This document shows, one piece after another, positions 27,792-35,411 of a DNA stretch of 64,000 nt. Position 1 is the first letter of the stretch, and every line of letters starts with the position of its first letter. A program made the translations under genes and the position numbers. The stretch comes from a virus (lineage: Duplodnaviria > Caudoviricetes). The DNA lies in the IMG/VR virus record IMGVR_UViG_3300028379_000001, positions 4,186 through 68,185 of that record; one strand, written 5' to 3'. The notes under the pieces were generated by a model. The model did not search any database. It was not told the DNA's origin and saw only the letters and a list, made by a program, of their open reading frames with translations.

Positions 27792-27875
27792 TTAGGACGG
27801 ACGGTCGGCGATCCGACCGACTACGTAGAGGATCGAGAAGAGGACGACGAACGTTACGATCGGCGCGAAAATTAT
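27792..27875 (-). CDS. 27-aa single-TM early protein with predicted ATA (or ATT) start
   Basis: TAAGGGGAGCC-ATA; (M)IFAPIVTFVVLFSILYVVGRIADRPS; its TAA lies within the next RBS. Confidence 0.55.
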   Translation of the reverse strand: MIFAPIVTFVVLFSILYVVGRIADRPS

Positions 27876-27913
27876 GGCTCCCCTTAGGACGGAGCGGGAC
27901 GGATTTCTACGGA

Positions 27914-28237
27914 CTACCAGCAGAAGCAGGTTCGGGGGACGTAGACCTTCATCCCGCAACCGGGGCACGGCGTCGCCCGGTCGATTCGGCGTTCGATCGA
28001 CTCGGCCCGCTTCGTCGCCGCCGACTTAGGCTTAGGCTTAAAGCGGATCGGAGCCCCGATAGGGGTCCCGTAGAAGCCGGACGACCGGACCCGGAAATCG
28101 ACGTCGGGACGAGTCCCCGCCGAGGACGTCGATCCGACGTTCCCCTTCGAGAATCCTCCCCCGGTACGGGGCGAGGCGACGATCTTTCGAGTCCCGTTCG
28201 GGACGAAACCCGGAGCGTTCTCGTATCCCTCGATGAT
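27914..28237 (-). CDS. 107-aa first early protein with C-terminal CPGC...CFC, predicted ATC start
   Basis: TAGGGAGAGCC-ATC; (M)IEGYENAPGFVPNGTRK...TPCPGCGMKVYVPRTCFCW; absent from ORF track. Confidence 0.65.
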   Translation of the reverse strand: MIEGYENAPGFVPNGTRKIVASPRTGGGFSKGNVGSTSSAGTRPDVDFRVRSSGFYGTPIGAPIRFKPKPKSAATKRAESIERRIDRATPCPGCGMKVYVPRTCFCW

Positions 28238-28253
28238 GGCTCTCCCTAATCGG

Positions 28254-28296
28254 CGGCCTCCCGGCCGATCCTCCGAACCGGCCTCCCGGCCGATCC
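28254..28296. repeat. 18-bp direct repeat CGGCCTCCCGGCCGATCC x2 in the 5' leader of the first early gene
   Basis: Copies at 28254-28271 and 28279-28296. Confidence 0.85.
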
Positions 28297-28312
28297 GCTT
28301 CGTTCCGTTCCT

Positions 28313-28616
28313 AGCTTAGCGGTAGACGCTTCCGGCGTCTACCCCCTCTTTCGAGGGCCGACCGGCGAGCCGGTCCCGGAGGGAGTCTAGCCTATCGACT
28401 CCCTCGGCGTCTAGCGGCTCCCGTTCCGTCCGGCGACCCTAGTTCGCCGAAGATTCCCGGGATACGACCCCTTAGGGGGCCGAACCGCTACCGAGAGGAT
28501 CGTACCCTATCCGCGCTAGTCGCGTCTAGGGGGCTCGTCCCCCGCCCCCGACCGGCCCCTTAGCGGGTCCGTTCCTCGGCGACGGGGATAACCTTACGGG
28601 ACGCTACCGGCGTCTA
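28313..28616 (-). promoter_or_regulatory. Cluster of three GACGC-N5-GCGTC sites with leftward early promoters
   Basis: 28325-39 (TAGACG-17-TAAGCT, perfect GGTAGACGC/GCGTCTACC inverted repeat); 28397-411 (one mismatch, TAGACG-18-TAGACT); 28600-14. Confidence 0.75.
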
Positions 28617-28639
28617 CCTAGAACTTTCTTATCGCCGCT

Positions 28640-29290
28640 GGTCCGCTGGCGAGTCGCGACCTCGGCTCGCGCGGGATCGTTTTCCGCGCGCCAGGGCGCG
28701 TTGTGCGCGCGCGGTTCCTCCCCTGGCTTCGGCGGAGGCGTACGCCCGCCTCCGAGGACGAGGTACCGCGCGGGATTCCATTGTCGCGGGGCATGCGCGC
28801 GGATCCAATTCCGCGCGTCGCACCCGCTCGCCCGCGCGAGAAGCGGAACCGGGCGGGATTCTGTTGTCGCGACGTACGCGCCCGGTGCCTATGTAGTCGC
28901 GCGTATGCCCGCCCGCCCGTAGAGACGAACCGCGCGCGGTTCCTTTGGTCGCGTACGGAAAAGGGGGAGGGGGAGGGGCTTTAGGGAGGGGGAGGGGGAG
29001 ACGCGATGCGGCCGCGCGGGGGTATCGCGCGCGTCAATCGCGCACAATCGCAGGCGCCCGCGAACGGCGGCGCGCCCGCACCACCAGATCCCTTGGGAGG
29101 GATACTGGGTGGGTCAGTTTAAGTATCCCTGTGCGAGCGCGGCGAGCCTGCGGGGCGCGCGATCGGCGCAGAGTATCTGCGCCGCTACCGCCCGTAACAT
29201 GAACCAGCCCCGCAGCTCGGAGGGAGACTGCGGGGCTAGCCCAGCGGCGACAGGTCTCGGGCCGGAAGTCCCTCAAACGATCCGTCGCGG
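28640..29290. other. Non-coding CGCG-rich block with palindrome, repeats and G-run tract; candidate genome terminus/packaging region
   Basis: GAACCGCGCGCGGTTC palindrome 28927-42; 19/22 repeat 28767-88/28850-71; G-runs 28963-28998. Confidence 0.5.
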
Positions 29291-29304
29291 TCTACTCTAC
29301 CTGA

Positions 29305-29592
29305 TCAGCCGACAGCGGTCGAGCTGGCACCGCCCTTCTCACCAGGCTTGACGCGCCACTGGTGCTTGGCCGCGTAGGACGCAGCGAAGCCGACCAGAGC
29401 GGGCACGAGCGGCAGGATGAACCACTCCAGGGCGTCCGGAACCGCCTCCAGCAGCAGCGCGTTGTTGTCGGCCGTCGAGGCGTCCGTGATCGCGAGCAGG
29501 ACCACAGCCGAGAGGTAGAACCCGAGGACTCCGAGCTTGGTCTTCGGCTCCACCTTCGACGTGTCGGCGGGCTCGGGATTGATCGTGGTCAT
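29305..29592 (-). CDS. Holin
   Basis: Two TM segments; directly downstream of the endolysin; ATG 29592 after AGGAG. Confidence 0.75.
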   Translation of the reverse strand: MTTINPEPADTSKVEPKTKLGVLGFYLSAVVLLAITDASTADNNALLLEAVPDALEWFILPLVPALVGFAASYAAKHQWRVKPGEKGGASSTAVG

Positions 29593-29600
29593 GTCGTCTC

Positions 29601-30347
29601 CTACTTGTAGCCGTACTTGGCCATCTCGCTGTACGTGTTGGGTCCGAGGACGCCATCCGCCACGAGCTTGGATCGGGACTGGAACTCCTTGACGACCTGG
29701 ATCGTCACCGGCCCATACCGCTGGGCCGCGCGGTTCGCGTCGAGAGGGATCTTGCTGTAGACGGGGAACTTGGTGTTGAAGAAGTTCGCCACCTCCCAGA
29801 CGTCCCCGCCCGTCATTCCCTCGACGAGGGTCCGTGCGCCGCCGATCGGATAGGTGGTGCCGGGGATGGGGTTGTTGTTGCGGAGTCGGTTCGCGACCAC
29901 GCCAACCTTCGCGGCGTTGCCCTTGATCTCGAAGTGCATCTCGTCCGGGGTGCCGGTGAAGTTCCCGCCCCACTCGACGACGTTGTCGACCTCGGCCAGG
30001 ATGCGCTTGATCTCGCGGACCTGGTCCGGGGTGAAGGTGCCCCGCTTACCGTTGGGGTGCCGAGTGGCGTTCGCGTCGCCCGCCGTCGCGCTCGCGTGGC
30101 ACGAGAGGTTGTTGGCGTTCCGGTTCTGCCGGTAGTTGTAGCCCCAGTCGTCGGCGTCGTGCCAGCCCGGCTTCCAGATCGGCTCCACTCGATCGTGGAA
30201 CTGCTGGAAGACGTAGGACAGGACGGTGTGGACGTCGCCGGTCCGCACGCCAGGAGCGAAGCTCTCGCCCGCGATGACGAGCGGGGTGATCCCGCCGAAG
30301 TCCTTGGGGTTGGGGCTGGCTGTCCAGCCGTTGTAGCTGGTCTCCAT
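29601..30347 (-). CDS. Endolysin: M15-type peptidase plus peptidoglycan-binding domain
   Basis: WGYNYR...LSCHASATAGD...WGGNF...DEMHFEI; C-terminal YGPVTIQVVKEFQSRSKLVADGVLGPNT. Confidence 0.9.
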   Translation of the reverse strand: METSYNGWTASPNPKDFGGITPLVIAGESFAPGVRTGDVHTVLSYVFQQFHDRVEPIWKPGWHDADDWGYNYRQNRNANNLSCHASATAGDANATRHPNGKRGTFTPDQVREIKRILAEVDNVVEWGGNFTGTPDEMHFEIKGNAAKVGVVANRLRNNNPIPGTTYPIGGARTLVEGMTGGDVWEVANFFNTKFPVYSKIPLDANRAAQRYGPVTIQVVKEFQSRSKLVADGVLGPNTYSEMAKYGYK

Positions 30348-30411
30348 CTGGCTCCTCTCATGAGAGCAGGGGGCCAGCCCGAAGGCCAACCCCCTGCTCA
30401 GACTTCAGACG

Positions 30412-30801
30412 TCAGCGCTCGACGTCCGTGCCCTCGGTCTCGGTGACCGGGGCGTCGTCGGTCGGGGCCGACGTCTCGGGGGCCGCCGGACCCGCCGGGT
30501 TGGCGTTCGGGTCGACGGGGTTGCCGCTCTGATCCACCGGGAGGTGCGACGGCACCGCCGGGGTCAGCGAGTCGAGCCGCGCGGTGAGCCGGGACAGCTC
30601 CGTGGCGTCGGTCTCGTCCTCGGCCGCCTGCCAGGCCTCCACCTTCTCGATGGCCTTCTCCAGCGCCTCGCGGGCCGCCTTCTCCTTGGCTCCAGCCACT
30701 GTGTCCTCCATGTTCTGCTCCGCCCAAGACAGCATCGCGGCGATCGGCTTGCTGATCTGTACCGCGATCCATCCAACGACGAAGGCGATCCTTCGTGTCA
30801 T
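30412..30801 (-). CDS. Lysis-cassette protein with N-terminal hydrophobic segment
   Basis: Start re-called to ATG 30801 after GGAG. Confidence 0.65.
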   Translation of the reverse strand: MTRRIAFVVGWIAVQISKPIAAMLSWAEQNMEDTVAGAKEKAAREALEKAIEKVEAWQAAEDETDATELSRLTARLDSLTPAVPSHLPVDQSGNPVDPNANPAGPAAPETSAPTDDAPVTETEGTDVER

Positions 30802-30830
30802 GACGTCTCCTATTCTACCGGGGTCGCCCA

Positions 30831-31709
30831 TCATCCTCCGTCCGGCACACAGGCCACGATCTCGACGAAATCTGCAGTGATGTCTGGCGCGGATCGAGCG
30901 AATGCCTGCTGCTCGGTTGTTCCCTCGGGGCAGGTCGGTCCCGCCGGTCCCACAGGACCAATCGGCCCAATCGGCCCAGGAACCGTCGAATCCGCCCCGT
31001 CCTCCCCGTCGGCCCCCTTCGGGCCGGGGACGATCGAATCCGCCCCGTCCTCCCCGTCGGCCCCCGGTTGACCAGCAGGACCCACGCAACGGGGGTCCGT
31101 AGGGAGGCAGGGAGCCCCGTCCCGCCCCGGCAGACCGGCCGCCCCGGCGGCGCCTCGGAATCGGTCCGAGGTCTCCATCCGGGCCAGAACGTTCAGGGTG
31201 ACGGCGTCGATGATGGCGCCCTGATCGACGACCCCGCCCGGCGCTGCCTGTTCGACGACGGCCGGGATGTTGATCGGGGCCAGGCCTGCCTTCTCGCGCT
31301 CGATGTTGGTCGCCTCCAGAGAGGCCACGGTCGAGAACAGCAGCTCATCCCGCGCGGCGCCCGCCCCCACGTCCCGGCTCACGAAGTAGGTGAACACGTA
31401 GCCGCCAACCACAGCCAGAGCCAGGAGCGCGATCAGGACCCTCTGGCCCCGCTTCCGCTGGCTTTTCTCCAGGTCGAAGTCAGCCTGATTCGGCGCTTCG
31501 CTGAGGCCTTGCAGGTTCTCCCGAGCCTGGCCAAGGACCTCCTGAATTCTGGTCTCTGACAGGCGCTCGCTGTCGGTGGCGCCCCGCATCAGCGGGAGGT
31601 TGATGTACTCGGTTCCCAGATCGGTCGACTCGGGGGAGGAGGGGGTCTGTGTCTGCGCTTCCCCAGGCACCGCCTCCAGATGACTCCGTCGTGCGTGCGT
31701 ACCGCTCAC
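30831..31709 (-). CDS. Membrane-anchored protein with collagen-like Gly-X-Y repeats
   Basis: TM VLIALLALAVVGGYVFTYFV; GADGEDGADS x2 encoded by a 32-bp direct repeat (30986-31017, 31034-31065); start uncertain. Confidence 0.7.
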   Translation of the reverse strand: MSGTHARRSHLEAVPGEAQTQTPSSPESTDLGTEYINLPLMRGATDSERLSETRIQEVLGQARENLQGLSEAPNQADFDLEKSQRKRGQRVLIALLALAVVGGYVFTYFVSRDVGAGAARDELLFSTVASLEATNIEREKAGLAPINIPAVVEQAAPGGVVDQGAIIDAVTLNVLARMETSDRFRGAAGAAGLPGRDGAPCLPTDPRCVGPAGQPGADGEDGADSIVPGPKGADGEDGADSTVPGPIGPIGPVGPAGPTCPEGTTEQQAFARSAPDITADFVEIVACVPDGG

Positions 31710-32118
31710 GAGGGTTCCCTGTTCTCTGTTCCAGAAGTTCTCGAAGTTGGTCCATCTGTTCTTGCAGGGAGCTTATCTGGCGTTCCATGACAGATATTGT
31801 CCCGGCCTGCATTCGCAGACGTTCGTCCTGCTTGTCGATGATCTCGCGATCTTCGGCCCGCCTCTTCCGAAGGTAGGCCAACTCATCGTTAGCTACATCC
31901 AAGAGGCTGTCTGTGGTCTGAACTACTTTGTTGTTGGAATCGTTGGCGTGATCGCGGTCTGTTCGCTTCTCCTGCCGACCCATCCAGTACTGTCTGGCGA
32001 GGTAGGCAAGAATGGCGAGAGCGAATCCTGCGGGCGTTGAAATCGCAGGATTCGAGATCAGGTCCGCGACCCCGCCGGGATCGGTCGCAACCGGCTCCAC
32101 GGGCGGGGCGGCGATCAC
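31480..32118 (-). CDS. Membrane-anchored coiled-coil protein
   Basis: TM AGFALAILAYLA then heptads; GTG overlaps previous stop; long 3' overlap with next gene. Confidence 0.6.
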   Translation of the reverse strand: MIAAPPVEPVATDPGGVADLISNPAISTPAGFALAILAYLARQYWMGRQEKRTDRDHANDSNNKVVQTTDSLLDVANDELAYLRKRRAEDREIIDKQDERLRMQAGTISVMERQISSLQEQMDQLRELLEQRTGNPRERYARTTESSGGGAWGSADTDPLLPRVDRSGNRVHQPPADAGRHRQRAPVRDQNSGGPWPGSGEPARPQRSAESG

Positions 32119-32795
32119 GTCGGAACTGCCGCTATGTAGCGCCTGGCGAATCCCGCCAGACCAGTCCCTCCGCCTCTTCGGTACATGGCGTTGGCGGTGT
32201 AGGTTGCCCCAGGAGTCAGCCCTCCGATCCGAGCGGTCAGCCCGACCTCGATTGAACCGTTGTCGTTGGACGGGTTGGTGAGCTGCCACTTCTCGACCGG
32301 GGCGACCTGCTGGGCCCCGCCCGAGGTCCGGACCTCGAAGCCCATGTTGGCGAGAGTCCCGGCTGTGGTTCCGACTAGGGCCGTCTTGATGCTGATGATC
32401 GCAGCCCCGGAGTCCGAGGCAATGAAGGCGGCGGACGGCCCGCCCGCGAGCGCACCGAATGCGGCTGCGGTGGTCTCGATGTAAGTGTCGATGTATCCGT
32501 CTGCCGAGATTCCGGGGTACTTGACGGTGCCGGTTCCGAGCTGCCCTATGATGACGTAGGACCCGCCAACCGGCATCATGACGACCCGAGTCCCCGGTGT
32601 CGGGGTGAAGCCGAGCGGAGTGTATGCCTTGGTGGAGACTACGGTCTCGCCGTCGAACACCACTCGGGCATTCCCGGTACCGCCGTAGTCCTGGTCAATC
32701 GTGGCCAGTCGAATCTGGCCTTCCTTGGCAACGTCGTTGGAGCTATCGAGATAGACCCCAACCGCGTCCATGAACCTATCGGGTGAGGTGACCAT
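32115..32795 (-). CDS. Minor tail protein
   Basis: Start re-called to ATG 32795 (TAATG overlap); PTPGTRVVMMPVGGSYVIIG OB-like segment. Confidence 0.7.
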   Translation of the reverse strand: MVTSPDRFMDAVGVYLDSSNDVAKEGQIRLATIDQDYGGTGNARVVFDGETVVSTKAYTPLGFTPTPGTRVVMMPVGGSYVIIGQLGTGTVKYPGISADGYIDTYIETTAAAFGALAGGPSAAFIASDSGAAIISIKTALVGTTAGTLANMGFEVRTSGGAQQVAPVEKWQLTNPSNDNGSIEVGLTARIGGLTPGATYTANAMYRRGGGTGLAGFARRYIAAVPT

Positions 32796-33913
32796 TAGAC
32801 GCTCACCGTCCGACGGATCGAATGTGTCATTCCGGCCCCCTGGAGAAGGTCGAATGCCCACTTGGTCTCGTTCCACTTGCCGGTGATGGCGAGATCATCG
32901 TGGACTAGGTCGTACACGTCATTCGAGTCGTGGAACGGCATGAGGCCGGTGGCGAACTCGACGGACTCGAAGATATTGCCGTCTTCCTCGCGGTAGCGTT
33001 CCGCCTTCGCGTTCAGGAGGCCCTGGGTGGGGACATCCTCGTCTGTGATGACCCGAGTGATCGTGCGACCTCGGTTGACTGTGGAGGTCGGCGAACTCGG
33101 GTCGGTGTTGGTGATCTCCGCCCGGAGCGGGGTCGTCTCGGGGTTGCTCACGATCAGCACCCAGCGGTTCGGCACCCGGTAGAGATCCAACGTCTGCTCG
33201 ATGTCCGGCAGGATCACAGACCTGACGTCTGTGGCGTACTCGAACTCCGACGTCCGGCTGCTGGGTATGACGTACGGAATCGCACGGGCGACTCCATTCC
33301 CGTCGAACCACAGCGAGGTGTAGTTGACCCGCCCCAGGAGGTCGGCGATGATCTGGTACTTGGTGGTTCCGGGCTCCCACTCGATCGCCGTCGTCGTCAC
33401 AGCGGCATTCGCGGGAATGTTCCATGATACGATGCCGGGCGTGTTCGTCAGCACCTCGATCACCGCAGCGATGATGTTCTGGTTGTTGCCGACGTAGTAC
33501 CGGCCGCTGACGGTGTCCTCCTGGAGGACCATCGTGGCGTCGTATGCGTCGATGTCTCGGGTGACGACTCCGGAGATGTCGGCCTTCCGGGTCGGCGTCG
33601 TCATGAGGAAGACTCCAAGCGGCCATTCGGCATAGCCGCCATCCGACATCTTGATCCCCGCCCAGGGCTTGATTCGCTGGGTCAGGAAGTTGATGTCGCC
33701 ACGATCCTGGATGGTGAACTTCGCCGTCCGCTTGATCTCGGCAAGGAAGTCCTGCTCCACATGCCCGGCGGCCACATTGGTTAGCTGACGAACGAGCACA
33801 TTGGCCGACGAGAGCAGCTCATAGCGAAATCGCCACTCCCGTCGGCCCCGAATTCCACGGAGCGCATACAGAACATCAGCGGCTGTGTAGCCGTTGACAG
33901 CCAAAGACTGCAC
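32795..33913 (-). CDS. Minor tail protein (hub/Tal-like)
   Basis: 372 aa; position in tail operon; WFDGNGVARAIPY. Confidence 0.75.
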   Translation of the reverse strand: MQSLAVNGYTAADVLYALRGIRGRREWRFRYELLSSANVLVRQLTNVAAGHVEQDFLAEIKRTAKFTIQDRGDINFLTQRIKPWAGIKMSDGGYAEWPLGVFLMTTPTRKADISGVVTRDIDAYDATMVLQEDTVSGRYYVGNNQNIIAAVIEVLTNTPGIVSWNIPANAAVTTTAIEWEPGTTKYQIIADLLGRVNYTSLWFDGNGVARAIPYVIPSSRTSEFEYATDVRSVILPDIEQTLDLYRVPNRWVLIVSNPETTPLRAEITNTDPSSPTSTVNRGRTITRVITDEDVPTQGLLNAKAERYREEDGNIFESVEFATGLMPFHDSNDVYDLVHDDLAITGKWNETKWAFDLLQGAGMTHSIRRTVSV

Positions 33914-33927
33914 CGCTCCGCTCCCTC

Positions 33928-35400
33928 TTAGTCCTCGATGCCCGGAAGGGCCTCATCGTAGTCGACCCTGTTCAACAAGAAGGATACCTCGTATCCGCCC
34001 TGGTCCAGGTCTGTCATCGTCCAGTCCGTCGGGATCGCGAACAGCTTCCGGCCCCGCCCGTCGCGGAACAGGACGACCTCGGCATCTTGGCCAATTTCTC
34101 GAGCCCTGGCCACCTTGGCCGCGACGTCTCCATCCTCACGGATGATCTGGGAGGTGATCTGGATGGACTCAGCCCGAGCCTCTCCAACGTCGTACACCGG
34201 GTACTGCCGGCCGACGAACTGGAGCGAGGTCTTGGCCCGATCTCGCGATTCCTGGCGTCCGACACCGCCATAGGGGAGGCGGAGTGTCGCGCCGGGGTTG
34301 GCCGGGGGATGGATCCAGGCTCCGCTGAAGCTCGTGGACTGGACCTCGGAGTTGGACCACTCGGACGCAGTCCCCTCGGGGTCCGGCGGGGCAGGCGGAG
34401 CCACCGGAGTTCCCGGATCGACACCAGCCGGAGCAACACCAACGATGACGTCGTCGGTCCCCGAACCCACCGCGTTGGTGGCGGTGTAGCGCAGGGTGTA
34501 CGAGCCAATCACCGTCGGGGTCCAGGACAAGGCTGCCGCTGTGCCGATGGTCGAACCGACTCCAGTTGGCCCAGCCACAATCGTCCAGGCGCGGGAGGTG
34601 ATCGTCGAGCCGTTGTTGTTCTCGGTCGCGGTCCGGTTGAAGGCGGTGTTGACGACGTGCGCGGCGTCGGCGCCCGAATCGACGCTCGGGGCAGCCGTCG
34701 CAGAGGTCCGACGGATCGCGAACATCACGCCGCCGAAGCCATACGTGTACGGCTCGTTGGCGGCTGCCGCAGTCTTCAACTGCGCGGTCCGGACGCCGGT
34801 CGCCGAAGTCGTGACGGCCTTGGAGTAGGCGAACCGGGCTTCCTGGAAGTTGTTGCCGGCGTGCACCGGCATGTGCTCGGCGAACCAGGCCTGAACCGGG
34901 TCGATCATCGGTCCCGGACCCCAAGCCTCGGGATTGAACTGGATCACGCCCCAGAACGAACACAGGTAACCCGTCGCGTCGGTCGAGGTGACCGACGGGA
35001 GGGAGATGAGGCCCCCGCCCGCGTTGCCCTGGGCCTGTCCGCCGGACGTCACGCCCGAGCAGACCGTGTGCTCCCCCTGGCAGGTGACCGCGAGCCCGGC
35101 GCTGTCGGAGGCGCCGGGGACCGGGAGGACGATCGAGCGCGCCCCGGTCGGTTGCCCCGCCTTGACGATCCCCCGCCAGATGACGATGTTGACGTTGCCG
35201 AACTTGACGTTGGAGACGGCAGCGGCGTCCCAGGTTACCCCGGCGTCGACCGGGGCCACCATGTCCGTCGTCAAGGCGTAGTTCGTCGTCAGCAGCGTGA
35301 AGATCGTGTCCCCGGCTGCTGTTGTGGCGGGGGTTGCGACCGTGAGGTCGTCGGTCTGCGATGGGGCGAGCGTTACGCCCCGGATTGCCGGCTCAGCCAT
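33928..35400 (-). CDS. Minor tail protein (beta-rich, PKD-like middle, Dit-like C-terminus)
   Basis: 490 aa; AWTIVAGPTG...GSYTLRYTATNAVG. Confidence 0.7.
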   Translation of the reverse strand: MAEPAIRGVTLAPSQTDDLTVATPATTAAGDTIFTLLTTNYALTTDMVAPVDAGVTWDAAAVSNVKFGNVNIVIWRGIVKAGQPTGARSIVLPVPGASDSAGLAVTCQGEHTVCSGVTSGGQAQGNAGGGLISLPSVTSTDATGYLCSFWGVIQFNPEAWGPGPMIDPVQAWFAEHMPVHAGNNFQEARFAYSKAVTTSATGVRTAQLKTAAAANEPYTYGFGGVMFAIRRTSATAAPSVDSGADAAHVVNTAFNRTATENNNGSTITSRAWTIVAGPTGVGSTIGTAAALSWTPTVIGSYTLRYTATNAVGSGTDDVIVGVAPAGVDPGTPVAPPAPPDPEGTASEWSNSEVQSTSFSGAWIHPPANPGATLRLPYGGVGRQESRDRAKTSLQFVGRQYPVYDVGEARAESIQITSQIIREDGDVAAKVARAREIGQDAEVVLFRDGRGRKLFAIPTDWTMTDLDQGGYEVSFLLNRVDYDEALPGIED

Positions 35401-35411
35401 TACTCACTCCC

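Noticed and set aside
27577-28638. CA/TG loss as a by-product of CpG methylation or amino-acid composition
   Set aside because: CpG decay would increase TG/CA, and the depletion is total in non-coding DNA and at synonymous sites.
28240-29300. Possible CRISPR array or tRNA cluster in the long non-coding block
   Set aside because: Only two-copy repeats are present, with no regular repeat-spacer period or cloverleaf/T-loop motifs.
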